Counted from the stretch's first letter, positions 8,614-18,405 are shown. The stretch is DNA of 64,000 nt from Flavobacteriales bacterium (GCA_019912395.1 JAIOIH010000085.1:1353-65352); one strand, 5' to 3'. Numbers and translations are program-made. Notes: a model not told the origin generated them from the sequence alone.

Positions 8614-9213
8614 TCAACGCGTGATCACCAGGCGTTCCGTAGCGACCGCTCTTCCTTTTTCATCACGCACGACGACGCTGTAGTTGCCTGTGCCGAGGGA
8701 AGCGACGTCCACTACCCCATCGCTGGCAGGTACGGCCTCCAGGACCCGTTTACCGGCGGCGTCCAAAACCTCAACGCGCCGGCCCGTTACGAAGCCGGAC
8801 AAGACCACGCGGGAATTTGCCGGATTCGGGGTCAGCAGCGGGGGCGTATTGCCGACCTGCTCATGGACACCGGTATTATCGGTGGCTACGATGAACTGCC
8901 CCTTCATGCCCGAGTTGGCATGAGGTGAGCAGACATAGTAATAGGTGCCGGGCACGTTCAGGGCGAAGGTGAATTCACCCGAGGGGTAATTGAAACCGCC
9001 ATTGGGAGTGTTCTCATTGTCCAACCAGGTCAACTCATCCACTTGTGTGCAGGTATGTGGATTCGACAGTACCAGATGGATGCTGTCCCCTGCGATCATA
9101 TTGATCACCGGTGGGTCGAACGTGTTGCCAATGTTGGTCAGCTCGTGGGTGGTTTGCGCTGTAGTGGCAGTGGCAAAGGCCAATGCGGCCAGGGTCGAGT
9201 GGAAATACTTCAT
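8614..9213 (-). CDS. Cupredoxin (plastocyanin/azurin-like) protein with T9SS sorting domain
   Basis: Copper-ligand pattern H...PGTYYYVCSPHANSGMKG; C-terminal PNPANS...LDAAGKR...GNYSV. Confidence 0.85.
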   Translation of the reverse strand: MKYFHSTLAALAFATATTAQTTHELTNIGNTFDPPVINMIAGDSIHLVLSNPHTCTQVDELTWLDNENTPNGGFNYPSGEFTFALNVPGTYYYVCSPHANSGMKGQFIVATDNTGVHEQVGNTPPLLTPNPANSRVVLSGFVTGRRVEVLDAAGKRVLEAVPASDGVVDVASLGTGNYSVVVRDEKGRAVATERLVITR

Positions 9214-9373
9214 GGACTTCGGGTTTGAGTTTCGGACAGGATGATGACGCGCTTGAAAGGGGATCGGTTTACCGGGTACCTCCCTGCCGTGCGACCCCGA
9301 AGCCGTCTTGGCCCGCCCCCTCGTACGTGGCTGGCGGCATATTTTTTGGAGTGTACCGCGCATACCGATCACC

Positions 9374-9757
9374 ATGAAACGTGCTGCCATTCTTCTTTAT
9401 GCGGGCCTGATGGTAGCCGGCCCAAGCGTGAATGCCCAGGACACCGTGAGGTCCACCGTGGAGGCACCGCCGCATTGGACGGTCCTTTCCGACAGCATTG
9501 GGCAGGTCATCGGGCTGCGCGAGGACCAGGAACAGGGATGGAGCGAGCGCAATGAACGCTGGAACAGCAAGTACGAAGCGCTTGGCAAGGAGCCGGAAAG
9601 CCACCCCACCTACATCAAGCTGCACAGCGCCCGGGAGTTCGACCTGAAAGGCTTCCTTACCGGAGGGCAGTACGATAAGTGGAAGGAGCTGAACAAGCGC
9701 TCGCCACGTATCGAGGACAATAATCCGCCGGGTACCAATATGCCGCCGGACCGCTGA
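9374..9757 (+). CDS. Small secreted hypothetical protein
   Basis: MKRAAILLYAGLMVAGPSVNAQ signal peptide; LKGFLTGGQYDKW resembles LTxxQ-type helical proteins. Confidence 0.65.
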   Translation: MKRAAILLYAGLMVAGPSVNAQDTVRSTVEAPPHWTVLSDSIGQVIGLREDQEQGWSERNERWNSKYEALGKEPESHPTYIKLHSAREFDLKGFLTGGQYDKWKELNKRSPRIEDNNPPGTNMPPDR

Positions 9758-9790
9758 ACGTGGAGGGAATTCCACAAGGGGTGTTCCCGG

Positions 9791-10594
9791 TCAGCTCGGC
9801 TGCTGCTGCGGTCGCAAGGAGATCAGGTAGTAATTGGTAGTGATGAGGAAGTTCCGCAGGTAGGGAATGGCCGAAATGAAGCGGGATTGCTTTCGGGGCT
9901 TCAAGCCGAACTTGGCCTCGTAGTTGGGATTCACCAGATAGAAGGTCCGTTTGTCCTTCACATAGTTGCACTTCTTCAGGATCCGCTCAAATCGCTCTAT
10001 GGTGATGCCCGTCTGCTTGATCTCCAACAGGTCCGTCACCTTGGTCCTCGACTCCCCGAAGCCTTTCAGGATGGCGCTGTAGATCGGTTTGGGAAGGATG
10101 TGGAAGTACGGAAGCTTCGATAGGACCCGGCTTTCGCAGATCTGCTGGTGGCCGCCGAAGGGGTTGTGCCAAGGGGGGAAGCCAAGGAAGAACCGGCCCT
10201 GCGGCTTGAGCAGCCCGCGCGCGAACTCCATGAACCGTTCCTGCCCGTGAATGTGCTCCAGCACGTCCCGCATGATGATGATATCAAACTGGCCAATGTC
10301 CGCTACGTCGTAGATGTCCGAGACAATGAGGCTCAGGTTGTCGCGGTTCGGGTGCTCCGCGAAATAGGCCTTGGCGTTCGCGACCTTGTTCGGGGCCATG
10401 TCCACACCTACCACCCGCTTGCATCCCAGGTCCATGAAGGGCTTCAGGTTGCCGCCTTCACCGCAGCCGATCTCCAGTACCGAACAGCCCTCATTGACCT
10501 CAAGCACTTCCGAGATGAACGGCAGCACATGGTTGCGCACCGTGGTCTCCTGCTCCCGGAAGTACTTCTCCCGGTTGGTGTGCCGCTCTTGCAT
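9791..10594 (-). CDS. Class I SAM-dependent methyltransferase
   Basis: VLEIGCGEGG motif I; FDIIIMRDVLEHI. Confidence 0.9.
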   Translation of the reverse strand: MQERHTNREKYFREQETTVRNHVLPFISEVLEVNEGCSVLEIGCGEGGNLKPFMDLGCKRVVGVDMAPNKVANAKAYFAEHPNRDNLSLIVSDIYDVADIGQFDIIIMRDVLEHIHGQERFMEFARGLLKPQGRFFLGFPPWHNPFGGHQQICESRVLSKLPYFHILPKPIYSAILKGFGESRTKVTDLLEIKQTGITIERFERILKKCNYVKDKRTFYLVNPNYEAKFGLKPRKQSRFISAIPYLRNFLITTNYYLISLRPQQQPS

Positions 10595-10612
10595 GTGTTA
10601 TGGCAGGCCTGC

Positions 10613-11254
10613 TCAGAGCAGGTTCACCTGCTGCGCCTCCTTGCGGCGCGGCTCCTTGGGCATGGTGCCGAAGATGTAGTCCCAGAACGGAGTGCTCACG
10701 CCGAAGGCACCGTCATCACCCACGAAATGGTGGAGGTTGTGGTGCTTCCATATGATGCCCAGGAAATTCTTGGGCTGTTTGTAGATGTGGATGGCATAGT
10801 GGGCAAGCAGATAGCTGCTGTACCCGAAGAGGAAGCCTCCACCGAAGGCATAACCGTTCTGCCCGATGGTCAACCGGAAGAGGCTGATGAACAACACCGC
10901 CAGGAAAATGCTGAGCAACGGAGGCATGGCCAAGCGGCTCTTGTCCCGAGGGTGGTCGTGGTGGATGCCGTGGATCACGTACTGGAAGCGCTTGCGCTTC
11001 TCGGATTCGGCAGGGATATGATAGAGGTAGCGGTGCATCAAATACTCCACCAGGGTAAAGAGCACGATGCCGCCGAGGAAGAAGACCAGTGCGGTGCTCC
11101 AATGGATGCCGAGCCGGGCGAGGGAATACCACAAGGTGAGGATACCCGCTGTCCAGAACAGGGCAAGGGGTATGGAAATATGCGTTTTGGTGAGCGCCTC
11201 CAGCACCGGGTTCTTGAAGATGCGCCCGGCATCGGATCTATTGTGTGTTGCCAT
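10613..11254 (-). CDS. Fatty acid hydroxylase / sterol desaturase family protein
   Basis: His boxes HRYLYH, HGIHHDHP, HYAIH, HHNLHH. Confidence 0.92.
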   Translation of the reverse strand: MATHNRSDAGRIFKNPVLEALTKTHISIPLALFWTAGILTLWYSLARLGIHWSTALVFFLGGIVLFTLVEYLMHRYLYHIPAESEKRKRFQYVIHGIHHDHPRDKSRLAMPPLLSIFLAVLFISLFRLTIGQNGYAFGGGFLFGYSSYLLAHYAIHIYKQPKNFLGIIWKHHNLHHFVGDDGAFGVSTPFWDYIFGTMPKEPRRKEAQQVNLL

Positions 11255-11309
11255 GATCGATGTACGCAAATTTAGGCATCAGAAAGTGTATGGAGGTACG
11301 GAACGTTCC

Positions 11310-13547
11310 TTAACCGGGATCGAAGGTGAAGCGGAGATCCATAAAAAGCCCTCTCCCCGGCGCTGGATTGTAATATCTGCGGGCAGGGTCATTGAGCTGG
11401 ATGAAGGAGGTGTATTGCGCATTGAGGATGTTCTCTGCGGTAATTCCAACCTGCAAACGATAGAAGCTCCACCCCCAGGATCGTCCAACATGCAGCTGCA
11501 TCACGCCATGGCCGGGCACCCGATCGCCATTGGTACTATTGGCCACCACGGAGGAACTGGCCCTATAGCCTGCTTCGATGCGCAAGCCTGGCCGGGTTGA
11601 CCAGCGTGCGCGTGCACCGCCGGTCCATCGGGGTACGCCGGGGACATCCACCGTATTGGTCCTGTCCGGCAGGGTCAATCGGTGGTGTTGCCAAGCGCCG
11701 TTGAGCAGCAATTCGAGATGCCCCTTACCGGAAAGGTCCCAGCCGGTCCGGGCCTCCAGCTCCACACCGTCCTGTTCGGCATCACCGGCATTGACGAAGA
11801 TCTCTTCGGTGCCTTGATCCACGCGTTGGGGAAGGATCAGGTCCTTCGTGCGGCGCATGTACGCGTTCACGGCCACGGCGGTGCCGTTGTTGCGAAAGGC
11901 GACCCCAGCTTCAGCTTCCTTCACATGTTCGGCGGTCAGCGCAGTATTGGGGATCCCGGTTGAGCCAAGGATCTCCCAGATGGTGGGGCGTGAAGTGCTT
12001 TGCGCATAGCGCAGGTGGCCGGTCAACTGATCGGAGAATGTGCGTTCCACACCAAGCAAGGGATAGAGTTCCCCAGTTGGTGCATCGGAGGTTTCCTCAT
12101 TGCGGAGTTCATCCACATGGCGGAAGGCCGTGGCCTCCGTGCCGAGGTCAACGAAGATGGTGGTGCGCGCGCCCAGCAGGGTCCGGGTGGAAAGGAAGCC
12201 GTTCAGGGTGTTCACGCGGGTATCGGCATCTGTCCGCAGATCGGCCGGCACGGCGTTCACAAATGCCCGCTCCTGCAACTGGTCGCGTTCCAGCAGAGCT
12301 TCAAGGCCCATTTCCCAAGAGAAGGAAACGTTATTCCTGCGGAGCGTTCTCCCCAAGGACAAACGCGAACCCGCGGAGCGGATCCGCTCATCCTTGTATC
12401 CGCCGTAGAACGGGCTTGTGCCATACGGGTTCACCTTGTCGATCGCTTGTACTTGGAGGGAGGAGCGAAGCAGGAGTTCCTGCCATACGCGCTGTTCCAC
12501 GGCAATGCCGGCGAACAGTTGGGTCTTCTCCACCCGCGCATCGATCTGTTGGGAGTAGGGACTGGCAGAACGAGGTTGCTCGGCAGCGGTGAGGCTGTCC
12601 AAACTTCCGGGCAACCCCCACGCAGCTTTTTGTCCGGTAAGAAAGATACGGACGTTGCCTTTCGGCAAGGCATATCGTTGCGTGATCCAGACCTGATCGC
12701 GCCGCGCATATTCCTGATCGCGATAGCCATCGTTCCCCATGCGCAGCAAACCCAAGCTGAGCGTATTGCCATTGGCAACCCTTGTCCGCAACTCGCCGCT
12801 GAGCTTGAAGTAGCCATCAGGCCCTCCGGTGCCTGAAATGGACACGTCGGATCCGGTGTCCTGCCGTTCGGGAGGTGTGGCCAGAAGGAGGCCGGAAGGG
12901 GCACTGCCGAATACCGGCCCGCCGATACTGCGTACTACATCCAGCGTACCCACCAGTGCAGGATCCAGCAACTCCAGCGGAGTGGAGCCATCCGCCAAGG
13001 TCATGGAGAACGGCCCCCAGTACACTTTCACGCCGCGTACGCCATAGGGTGATCGCAAAAGGCTGCCACGGATGCTGAAACGGGTGCTTCCTCCTTGGCC
13101 GCGTTCGTCCATTTGCACACCGGGTACCCAGAGCAACGGACTGCGCAGTGATGCCCGGTCATACATGCGGAGGTCCATACTGTCCACGGTGCTAACGGCC
13201 GCCAATGCCTGGCGTTCCCGTGGGGAAGGCCACGGTCTCACCGCCACCGCTTCCAGCTCTGTTGCCCTTGGTACTGCTTGCAGTTCCACCTTCCCTGCAA
13301 GCTTGGCCTCCGTCCATGCCATCCGTAGGGTCATCAGATCTTTTGCATGGAAGACCAGGGTGTCCGGAGGGTCTTCAGTGCAGAACCGCCCGAATGCATC
13401 TACCGTTCCTACCGTCGCCCCCCATCGATCCCGAACGATCAAGCCTGCTGAAGGCGTACCGTCCATCCGCACCACCAACAAGCAGGATTGTGCACAGGCC
13501 TCGTACAGCCATACGGAACCGAGCAGGAGCAGGAGCAAGCGGAGCAT
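11310..13547 (-). CDS. TonB-dependent receptor
   Basis: Plug domain (VPGVQM...SIRGS), barrel motifs NAG...GVELE and ENILNAQY, NPAPGR near the C-terminus. Confidence 0.9.
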   Translation of the reverse strand: MLRLLLLLLGSVWLYEACAQSCLLVVRMDGTPSAGLIVRDRWGATVGTVDAFGRFCTEDPPDTLVFHAKDLMTLRMAWTEAKLAGKVELQAVPRATELEAVAVRPWPSPRERQALAAVSTVDSMDLRMYDRASLRSPLLWVPGVQMDERGQGGSTRFSIRGSLLRSPYGVRGVKVYWGPFSMTLADGSTPLELLDPALVGTLDVVRSIGGPVFGSAPSGLLLATPPERQDTGSDVSISGTGGPDGYFKLSGELRTRVANGNTLSLGLLRMGNDGYRDQEYARRDQVWITQRYALPKGNVRIFLTGQKAAWGLPGSLDSLTAAEQPRSASPYSQQIDARVEKTQLFAGIAVEQRVWQELLLRSSLQVQAIDKVNPYGTSPFYGGYKDERIRSAGSRLSLGRTLRRNNVSFSWEMGLEALLERDQLQERAFVNAVPADLRTDADTRVNTLNGFLSTRTLLGARTTIFVDLGTEATAFRHVDELRNEETSDAPTGELYPLLGVERTFSDQLTGHLRYAQSTSRPTIWEILGSTGIPNTALTAEHVKEAEAGVAFRNNGTAVAVNAYMRRTKDLILPQRVDQGTEEIFVNAGDAEQDGVELEARTGWDLSGKGHLELLLNGAWQHHRLTLPDRTNTVDVPGVPRWTGGARARWSTRPGLRIEAGYRASSSVVANSTNGDRVPGHGVMQLHVGRSWGWSFYRLQVGITAENILNAQYTSFIQLNDPARRYYNPAPGRGLFMDLRFTFDPG

Positions 13548-13663
13548 CCGGCCGAAAGTACCCATGGCCGCAGCAGGGCCATGTTGAAGCTGGTTCCTGG
13601 AGGGAACAGGGTATGGGGAAACAATTACATTTGCGGCCCCATTTCGGGAAAAGACCAATTCCC

Positions 13664-13738
13664 GGGCGTTTAGCTCAGCTGGTTTAGAGCACTACCTCGA
13701 CAAGGTAGGGGTCGCTGGTTCGAATCCGGCAACGCCCA
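13664..13738 (+). tRNA. tRNA-Val(GAC)
   Basis: GGGCGTTTAGCTCAGCTGGTTTAGAGCACTACCTCGACAAGGTAGGGGTCGCTGGTTCGAATCCGGCAACGCCCA; stem CTACC/GGTAG, loop TCGACAA. Confidence 0.93.
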
Positions 13739-13919
13739 CATTCATTTTTGGCCCGTGAGGGGTCTGGATCCTGCTGGTAAGCAACGTGAAAATACCGGTC
13801 TTTCGCTCCATTCGATCCCTTGTCGCACGCTTATCCGATCACTTTCCGGGCTTGGAGCATTGAACGTTCGATTGGATCAACCCGGGTCAGACTAAAGCTC
13901 AAAAGAACCATTCGTGAAC

Positions 13920-14894
13920 ATGAAGAAGACGATCATTTCCATGGCGGTCCTGTTGGCCGTATCCAACGTAGCAAGTGCGCAGGAGGATAAAGCACAACGC
14001 GACGCCGCAGTCGCCGTGATGCAAGCGAAAACGGAAGCGGACACCACCGGTAAGCTGTGGAAGACAGGTGGCACCTTCCAACTGAACATGAGCCAAGTGA
14101 GCCTCACCAACTGGTCCGCAGGTGGATACAGCTCCGTGAGTGGGATCGGGCAATTCAATGGCTTCGCCAATCGCAAGAAAGGCCGTCACGCATGGGATAA
14201 CTCCATCGCATTGGCCTATGGATTGTTGGCTCAGGATGGAAGCGATGCGGTGAAGACGGATGACCGCATTGAACTGAATACCAAGTATGGCTACGAATTG
14301 AAAAATGCGTGGTACCTCGCCGCATTGGCCCAGTTCAAGACCCAGTTCACCGAGGGTGTGGACGCGAAGACCGGTACCCGGATCTCGGACTTCATGGCCC
14401 CTGGATACTTGATCCTTGGCCTGGGTATTGACTACAAGCCGAGTGATAATTTCTCGGCCTTCATCTCCCCGGCCACCGCCAAATTCACCTTCGTTCAGGA
14501 CCAGGACTTGGCCGATGTCGGAGCCTTCGGTGTGGACCCCGCTACGTACGATGATCTCGGGGTCAAGCTTACCAACGGCGAAAACAGCCTCTTCGAGTTC
14601 GGTGGCTACGTGAAGCTGATGTACACCCAGGATATTGCGAAGAACATCAACTTCCTCACCCGTGCCGACTTCTTCAGCAACTACTTGAACAACCCCCAGA
14701 ATATCGACGTGAACTGGGAGACTCTCTTCACCTTCAAGGTGAACGAATGGTTCGCGGCAACACTGAGCACGCTCTTGATCTATGACGATGATACACAGAT
14801 CATGAAGCCTTGGGAGGACACGCCTCTGCAATACGTGGGCAAGGGCACCCAGTTCAAGGAGACCATCGGCCTGGGGATCACGTTGAAGCTCTGA
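13920..14894 (+). CDS. DUF3078-like outer-membrane protein
   Basis: Signal peptide; SQVSLTNWSAGG, KTDDRIELNTKYGY, FKTQFTEG, FMAPGY, NIDVNWE. Confidence 0.85.
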   Translation: MKKTIISMAVLLAVSNVASAQEDKAQRDAAVAVMQAKTEADTTGKLWKTGGTFQLNMSQVSLTNWSAGGYSSVSGIGQFNGFANRKKGRHAWDNSIALAYGLLAQDGSDAVKTDDRIELNTKYGYELKNAWYLAALAQFKTQFTEGVDAKTGTRISDFMAPGYLILGLGIDYKPSDNFSAFISPATAKFTFVQDQDLADVGAFGVDPATYDDLGVKLTNGENSLFEFGGYVKLMYTQDIAKNINFLTRADFFSNYLNNPQNIDVNWETLFTFKVNEWFAATLSTLLIYDDDTQIMKPWEDTPLQYVGKGTQFKETIGLGITLKL

Positions 14895-14912
14895 TCGTTG
14901 GATCAGGATTAT

Positions 14913-14956
14913 AGGTCCCGCCCCGATCTTGTCGGAGCGGGACCTTCTTCGTTTTT
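14913..14956 (+). terminator. Intrinsic terminator
   Basis: AGGTCCCGCCCCGAT-CTT-GTCGGAGCGGGACCT followed by TCTTCGTTTTT. Confidence 0.75.
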
Positions 14957-15022
14957 AGGCTTCGGAAGCCGGGCAAGTGGGCTTGGCATGAGCCGGTAGG
15001 GAAGTGGGAAGGTTGTAACAAC

Positions 15023-15356
15023 GGACAGTTGCATGGCCATGCAACTGTCCACGGACTTGTGTCCCTTGTGGCCTTCAGGTTTCAGTGTTTCCCGGGATCA
15101 GTCGGAACTCCACCGTGGCGGGCCTTGCAGCCTAATTCGAAAGTCGATCAGGCTGTACGGTCTGTTTGATTCATAGTTGCATGGCCATGCAACTATGAAC
15201 GGATGGTGGACCCCGGCTGCCCTTAAAAATAGTTGTGCTTCCGAGGGTCGGCCGGAACCCCGCGTTAGGGTTGCTCTCGGCGCCGATGATAAAACCATCC
15301 TGGCTCGGGATCCTGGCCGAACTGTTGAAATTGATAGTTGCATGGCCATGCAACTA
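15023..15356. repeat. Array of three perfect palindromes with core AGTTGCATGGCCATGCAACT
   Basis: Cores at 15027-15046, 15175-15194 and 15336-15355 (periods of 148 and 161 bp), separated by unrelated spacers. Confidence 0.95.
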
Positions 15357-15428
15357 ATTGCACTCCTGAGAGAGTGTGTCCTGATGACGCAACAGGGTAT
15401 CCCACGTCCGATTACGGGTTCAGGACCA

Positions 15429-15863
15429 TCAAAGGTTAACCCGTAGCACCGCGTCGGTTCGTGCGGATAGCTCGGCCATTCTCTTTGCTTCCCCTTCACC
15501 GAGTAAGTGCATGTACGCCAAGCGCAACTTTTCCCAAGCACTACTGGCCTCTGCCGCCTTGTTAAGACCTTCGGGGGTCAGGAATACCTCCACGATCCGT
15601 TCATGACCATTGCGAACGACATAACTGTTGGAAGCGAGCTTGTCGAGCGTACGCGAGATCGTGGAAGGGTCCAATTGATGCACGTACGCAAGATCTTTGA
15701 CATTGATCCCGGGAGCTTCTTTAGCCGACATCAGGATAAATCCCATGGTCGGCGTGATCTCGATAGGATGAAAATGCGCTTCCGCCATGCGGGTAAGGGA
15801 CCGCCCCAAGGCAGCTCCTGCATGAAAGAGGCACGAGTTGTAATGGTCTTTGAGGTCGGACAT
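15429..15863 (-). CDS. MarR family winged-helix transcriptional regulator
   Basis: 144 aa; LDPSTISRTLDKL recognition helix, VFLTPEG wing. Confidence 0.9.
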   Translation of the reverse strand: MSDLKDHYNSCLFHAGAALGRSLTRMAEAHFHPIEITPTMGFILMSAKEAPGINVKDLAYVHQLDPSTISRTLDKLASNSYVVRNGHERIVEVFLTPEGLNKAAEASSAWEKLRLAYMHLLGEGEAKRMAELSARTDAVLRVNL

Positions 15864-15880
15864 GGTGGATGCAAGATATC

Positions 15881-15900
15881 AATTGCATGGCCATGCAACT
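15881..15900 (-). promoter_or_regulatory. Putative MarR autoregulatory operator
   Basis: AATTGCATGGCCATGCAACT (19/20 match to the array core), 18-37 bp upstream of the MarR ATG and abutting a TATCTTGC -7-like motif. Confidence 0.7.
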
Positions 15901-15943
15901 GAGAGGAGTCGAGTTCCCTGTGGTCTTCGGTTTGAACAGCGTT

Positions 15944-17932
15944 TCAAGGGAACCTCAGCGGCCCCTTCAGCGGCTGGAACAGGCCGTACAACCAAGGGTT
16001 TCCCTCGCGAACGCGCACTTCGATGGAAGTGACCTGAGCGGCTTTCCCCCCGGGATTCCAGAGATAGACCTTCAGCCGCGTGCCTTGTCCGTGCTTGGGC
16101 AGGTCCGAGAGTGGGATGGCCGTGAACAGGCTGGTAGCCCCGGTCCGCGTACTATCGCCACTGGTGCGGTAAAAGACGGAGCGGTCCCCCTCCTTCAGTT
16201 CCATCACCAGCCTCAGTTCACTTCCGGGCCCAACGTTCGATACTCCCATGCGGGCCTCCAGGATGTCGTTGTCACCGGAGGCGAGGTCGAACACGGACCG
16301 CTCGAACACGGCACCGAACTCCCGCCCGCTCAGGTCCCAGCTCTTGGGTCCTGACGTGAACGCATCGGAGGAATCACGGGAGGCAGGCAGGTCCTCGTCC
16401 ACCTTCCAGCCATCACCTTTCACGGCCTCCGGGGTCACCAAGCTGCCATGCGAGAGATCCTCCAACTTTCCGTTGCCCGGCATTCCGGAGAACAAAAAGA
16501 CCTGGCCCTCTTCCATGTCGTGCCGTTCCAGCATGAAGGGGAAGGCCTGTTGGATGCGGGCCAAGTTCTCGGGCGCCGCACCGGCGGAAGCACCATGGAA
16601 CACCTCGGCGGCCGCAGTGGCACCCAGGAGGCTGTCCACGAATGATGCGGCTCGGCCATGCACGTTGATGTAGGGTGCGGAAGCACTGTCCAGGCCCCAT
16701 TGACGGAAGTAGAATCCCGGGATCTCTTCCGGCAGGTCCACAAGGGCAAGACGATCAGGGTACTTGGCGGCCTCTACGATACCCCGCACCGAAGCTTCGT
16801 ACTTCGAACGATAGAAGATCTCATAGTGTTTACGCTGCTCCACCAGTCCGAATACGGCCGTGGCCGCGATCAGCGCTACCAACGGGAGCACAAGGGCCGG
16901 CCGTGGGGTTCGCCAACCCGCGAACAAGGGGAAGACCAAAAAGGGAAAGGAGAAGATCAGCACGGAATATTGCAGCACCGGCGCATGCCATACCGAATAG
17001 CCATAGCCCACGGCCAACGGTAGCAAGCCCAGCACCAGACACAGGAATAGGAAGGGTGAGCGCCCATTTCCCCCGGAACGGAACGCACGTGCCCAGCCCG
17101 CCAGCGCCACACCAAGCACCACTACCGCAAGCGGAATGCTGAACTGGAAGATCCACGCAACGTACTCCGGGAACCAGGACGGAGTTGGGGGTGCGAGCCA
17201 TTGGCCCACCCCGCCATAGCCCAACTGGCGCCACGTGATGGGCAGCTCGGGCAGGTAGAGCACAAGCGCTACCGCACCGGCCAACAGCACCTGTTTACGC
17301 TGGTGGGCCGTGGCGAGGAACAGCAGGCAGAGGCCGGCCAAGAGTGCGAACAAGAGCGAGAAGTGATGGACGTACGCACACAACGCCGCAGCAAGGGCCA
17401 CACCGGCCCAAGCCCGCCTTCGCCCGCCCAAGGCCCGGGTGATCTGGTCCATCAGCAAAGCGCAGGTGAAGAATCCGGCCGCATACGGACGGGCGATCTG
17501 GCCGTACATCACCGTGTACTGGATGCAGCCGATGAACGCGATCGACAGTAGCGCTGCAGCAGGCGAGCTCCATGCAGCGGCGAAGCGATAGAGGAAGAAC
17601 AGTGCCACGACACTGAGCACGATGAAAGGCAGCTTCACCGCCATTTCACTGGTGCCGAAGAGCCCCGTCCAGACCCACTCGAACACCTGCACGCCTGCCG
17701 GGTGCGCATCGATCGCCACACCCTTGGCGATCAATTCACTGAACGAGCTGAACCGGACGCGGAGCAGCGCACTGATCTCATCATGCGTGTACGGGATGTG
17801 CGGCAGGTCCCATAAGCGTAGTGCGGAGGCCAGCAGGAGAAGTGCCAGCAGCGCTCCGCGTTGGGCCGCAGTACCGGGGAACGCGGAAGCGGTGGCCGTC
17901 CTCAATCCTTCCCTCCAGGACGGTGTGCTCAT
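15944..17932 (-). CDS. Glycosyltransferase family 39 (PMT/ArnT-like) membrane protein
   Basis: LRLWDL...YTHDE, DAHPAG, ARPYA, many transmembrane segments; ATGA overlap with the smpB stop. Confidence 0.8.
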   Translation of the reverse strand: MSTPSWREGLRTATASAFPGTAAQRGALLALLLLASALRLWDLPHIPYTHDEISALLRVRFSSFSELIAKGVAIDAHPAGVQVFEWVWTGLFGTSEMAVKLPFIVLSVVALFFLYRFAAAWSSPAAALLSIAFIGCIQYTVMYGQIARPYAAGFFTCALLMDQITRALGGRRRAWAGVALAAALCAYVHHFSLLFALLAGLCLLFLATAHQRKQVLLAGAVALVLYLPELPITWRQLGYGGVGQWLAPPTPSWFPEYVAWIFQFSIPLAVVVLGVALAGWARAFRSGGNGRSPFLFLCLVLGLLPLAVGYGYSVWHAPVLQYSVLIFSFPFLVFPLFAGWRTPRPALVLPLVALIAATAVFGLVEQRKHYEIFYRSKYEASVRGIVEAAKYPDRLALVDLPEEIPGFYFRQWGLDSASAPYINVHGRAASFVDSLLGATAAAEVFHGASAGAAPENLARIQQAFPFMLERHDMEEGQVFLFSGMPGNGKLEDLSHGSLVTPEAVKGDGWKVDEDLPASRDSSDAFTSGPKSWDLSGREFGAVFERSVFDLASGDNDILEARMGVSNVGPGSELRLVMELKEGDRSVFYRTSGDSTRTGATSLFTAIPLSDLPKHGQGTRLKVYLWNPGGKAAQVTSIEVRVREGNPWLYGLFQPLKGPLRFP

Positions 17933-18378
17933 TGGCCGCGGTCCATATCGCGTTTGAGGTCCTTTTCCTTCAGGCTCTCGCGTTTGTCATAGGTCTTCTT
18001 GCCCTTGGCCAGCGCGATCTCCACCTTCACCATGCCGTTCTTGGCGAAGTAGGAGCGGATCGGTACGATGGTGACCCCTTGGTCCTTCAGCTTGCGCTGC
18101 AGCTTGTTCAGCTCCTTCCGGTGCAAGAGCAACTTGCGATCGCGGATCGGTTCGTGGGCAAAGTTCTTCGCCTTCTCGAACGGCTGGATCCGCATGTTCC
18201 GCAGGTAGAGGTCATCGCCGATGAAGGTGCAAAAGGCCTCCGTAATGCTGGCATCGCCCAAGCGCAGGCTCTTCACCTCACTGCCCTTCAGCACGATGCC
18301 GCACTCGTGCGTCTCGAGGAAGAAATACTCGAACGCCGCACGGCGGTTCTTGATCTCGGGCATCACTGGGGCGGCCAT
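17929..18378 (-). CDS. smpB: SsrA-binding protein SmpB
   Basis: NRRAAFEY, GIVLKGSEVKSLR, RKLLLHRKE, AKGKKTYDKRESLK. Confidence 0.97.
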   Translation of the reverse strand: MAAPVMPEIKNRRAAFEYFFLETHECGIVLKGSEVKSLRLGDASITEAFCTFIGDDLYLRNMRIQPFEKAKNFAHEPIRDRKLLLHRKELNKLQRKLKDQGVTIVPIRSYFAKNGMVKVEIALAKGKKTYDKRESLKEKDLKRDMDRGQ

Positions 18379-18405
18379 GGCGCGAAGATGAGGGGTAAAT
18401 TTCTT

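Noticed and set aside
15027..15046. Canonical parS site
   Set aside because: Does not match the TGTTNCACGTGAAACA consensus, and there is no parAB nearby.
15023..15356. CRISPR array interpretation of the palindrome array
   Set aside because: Spacers of about 120-140 bp are far too long, the repeats are loop-less perfect palindromes, and no cas genes are in the window.
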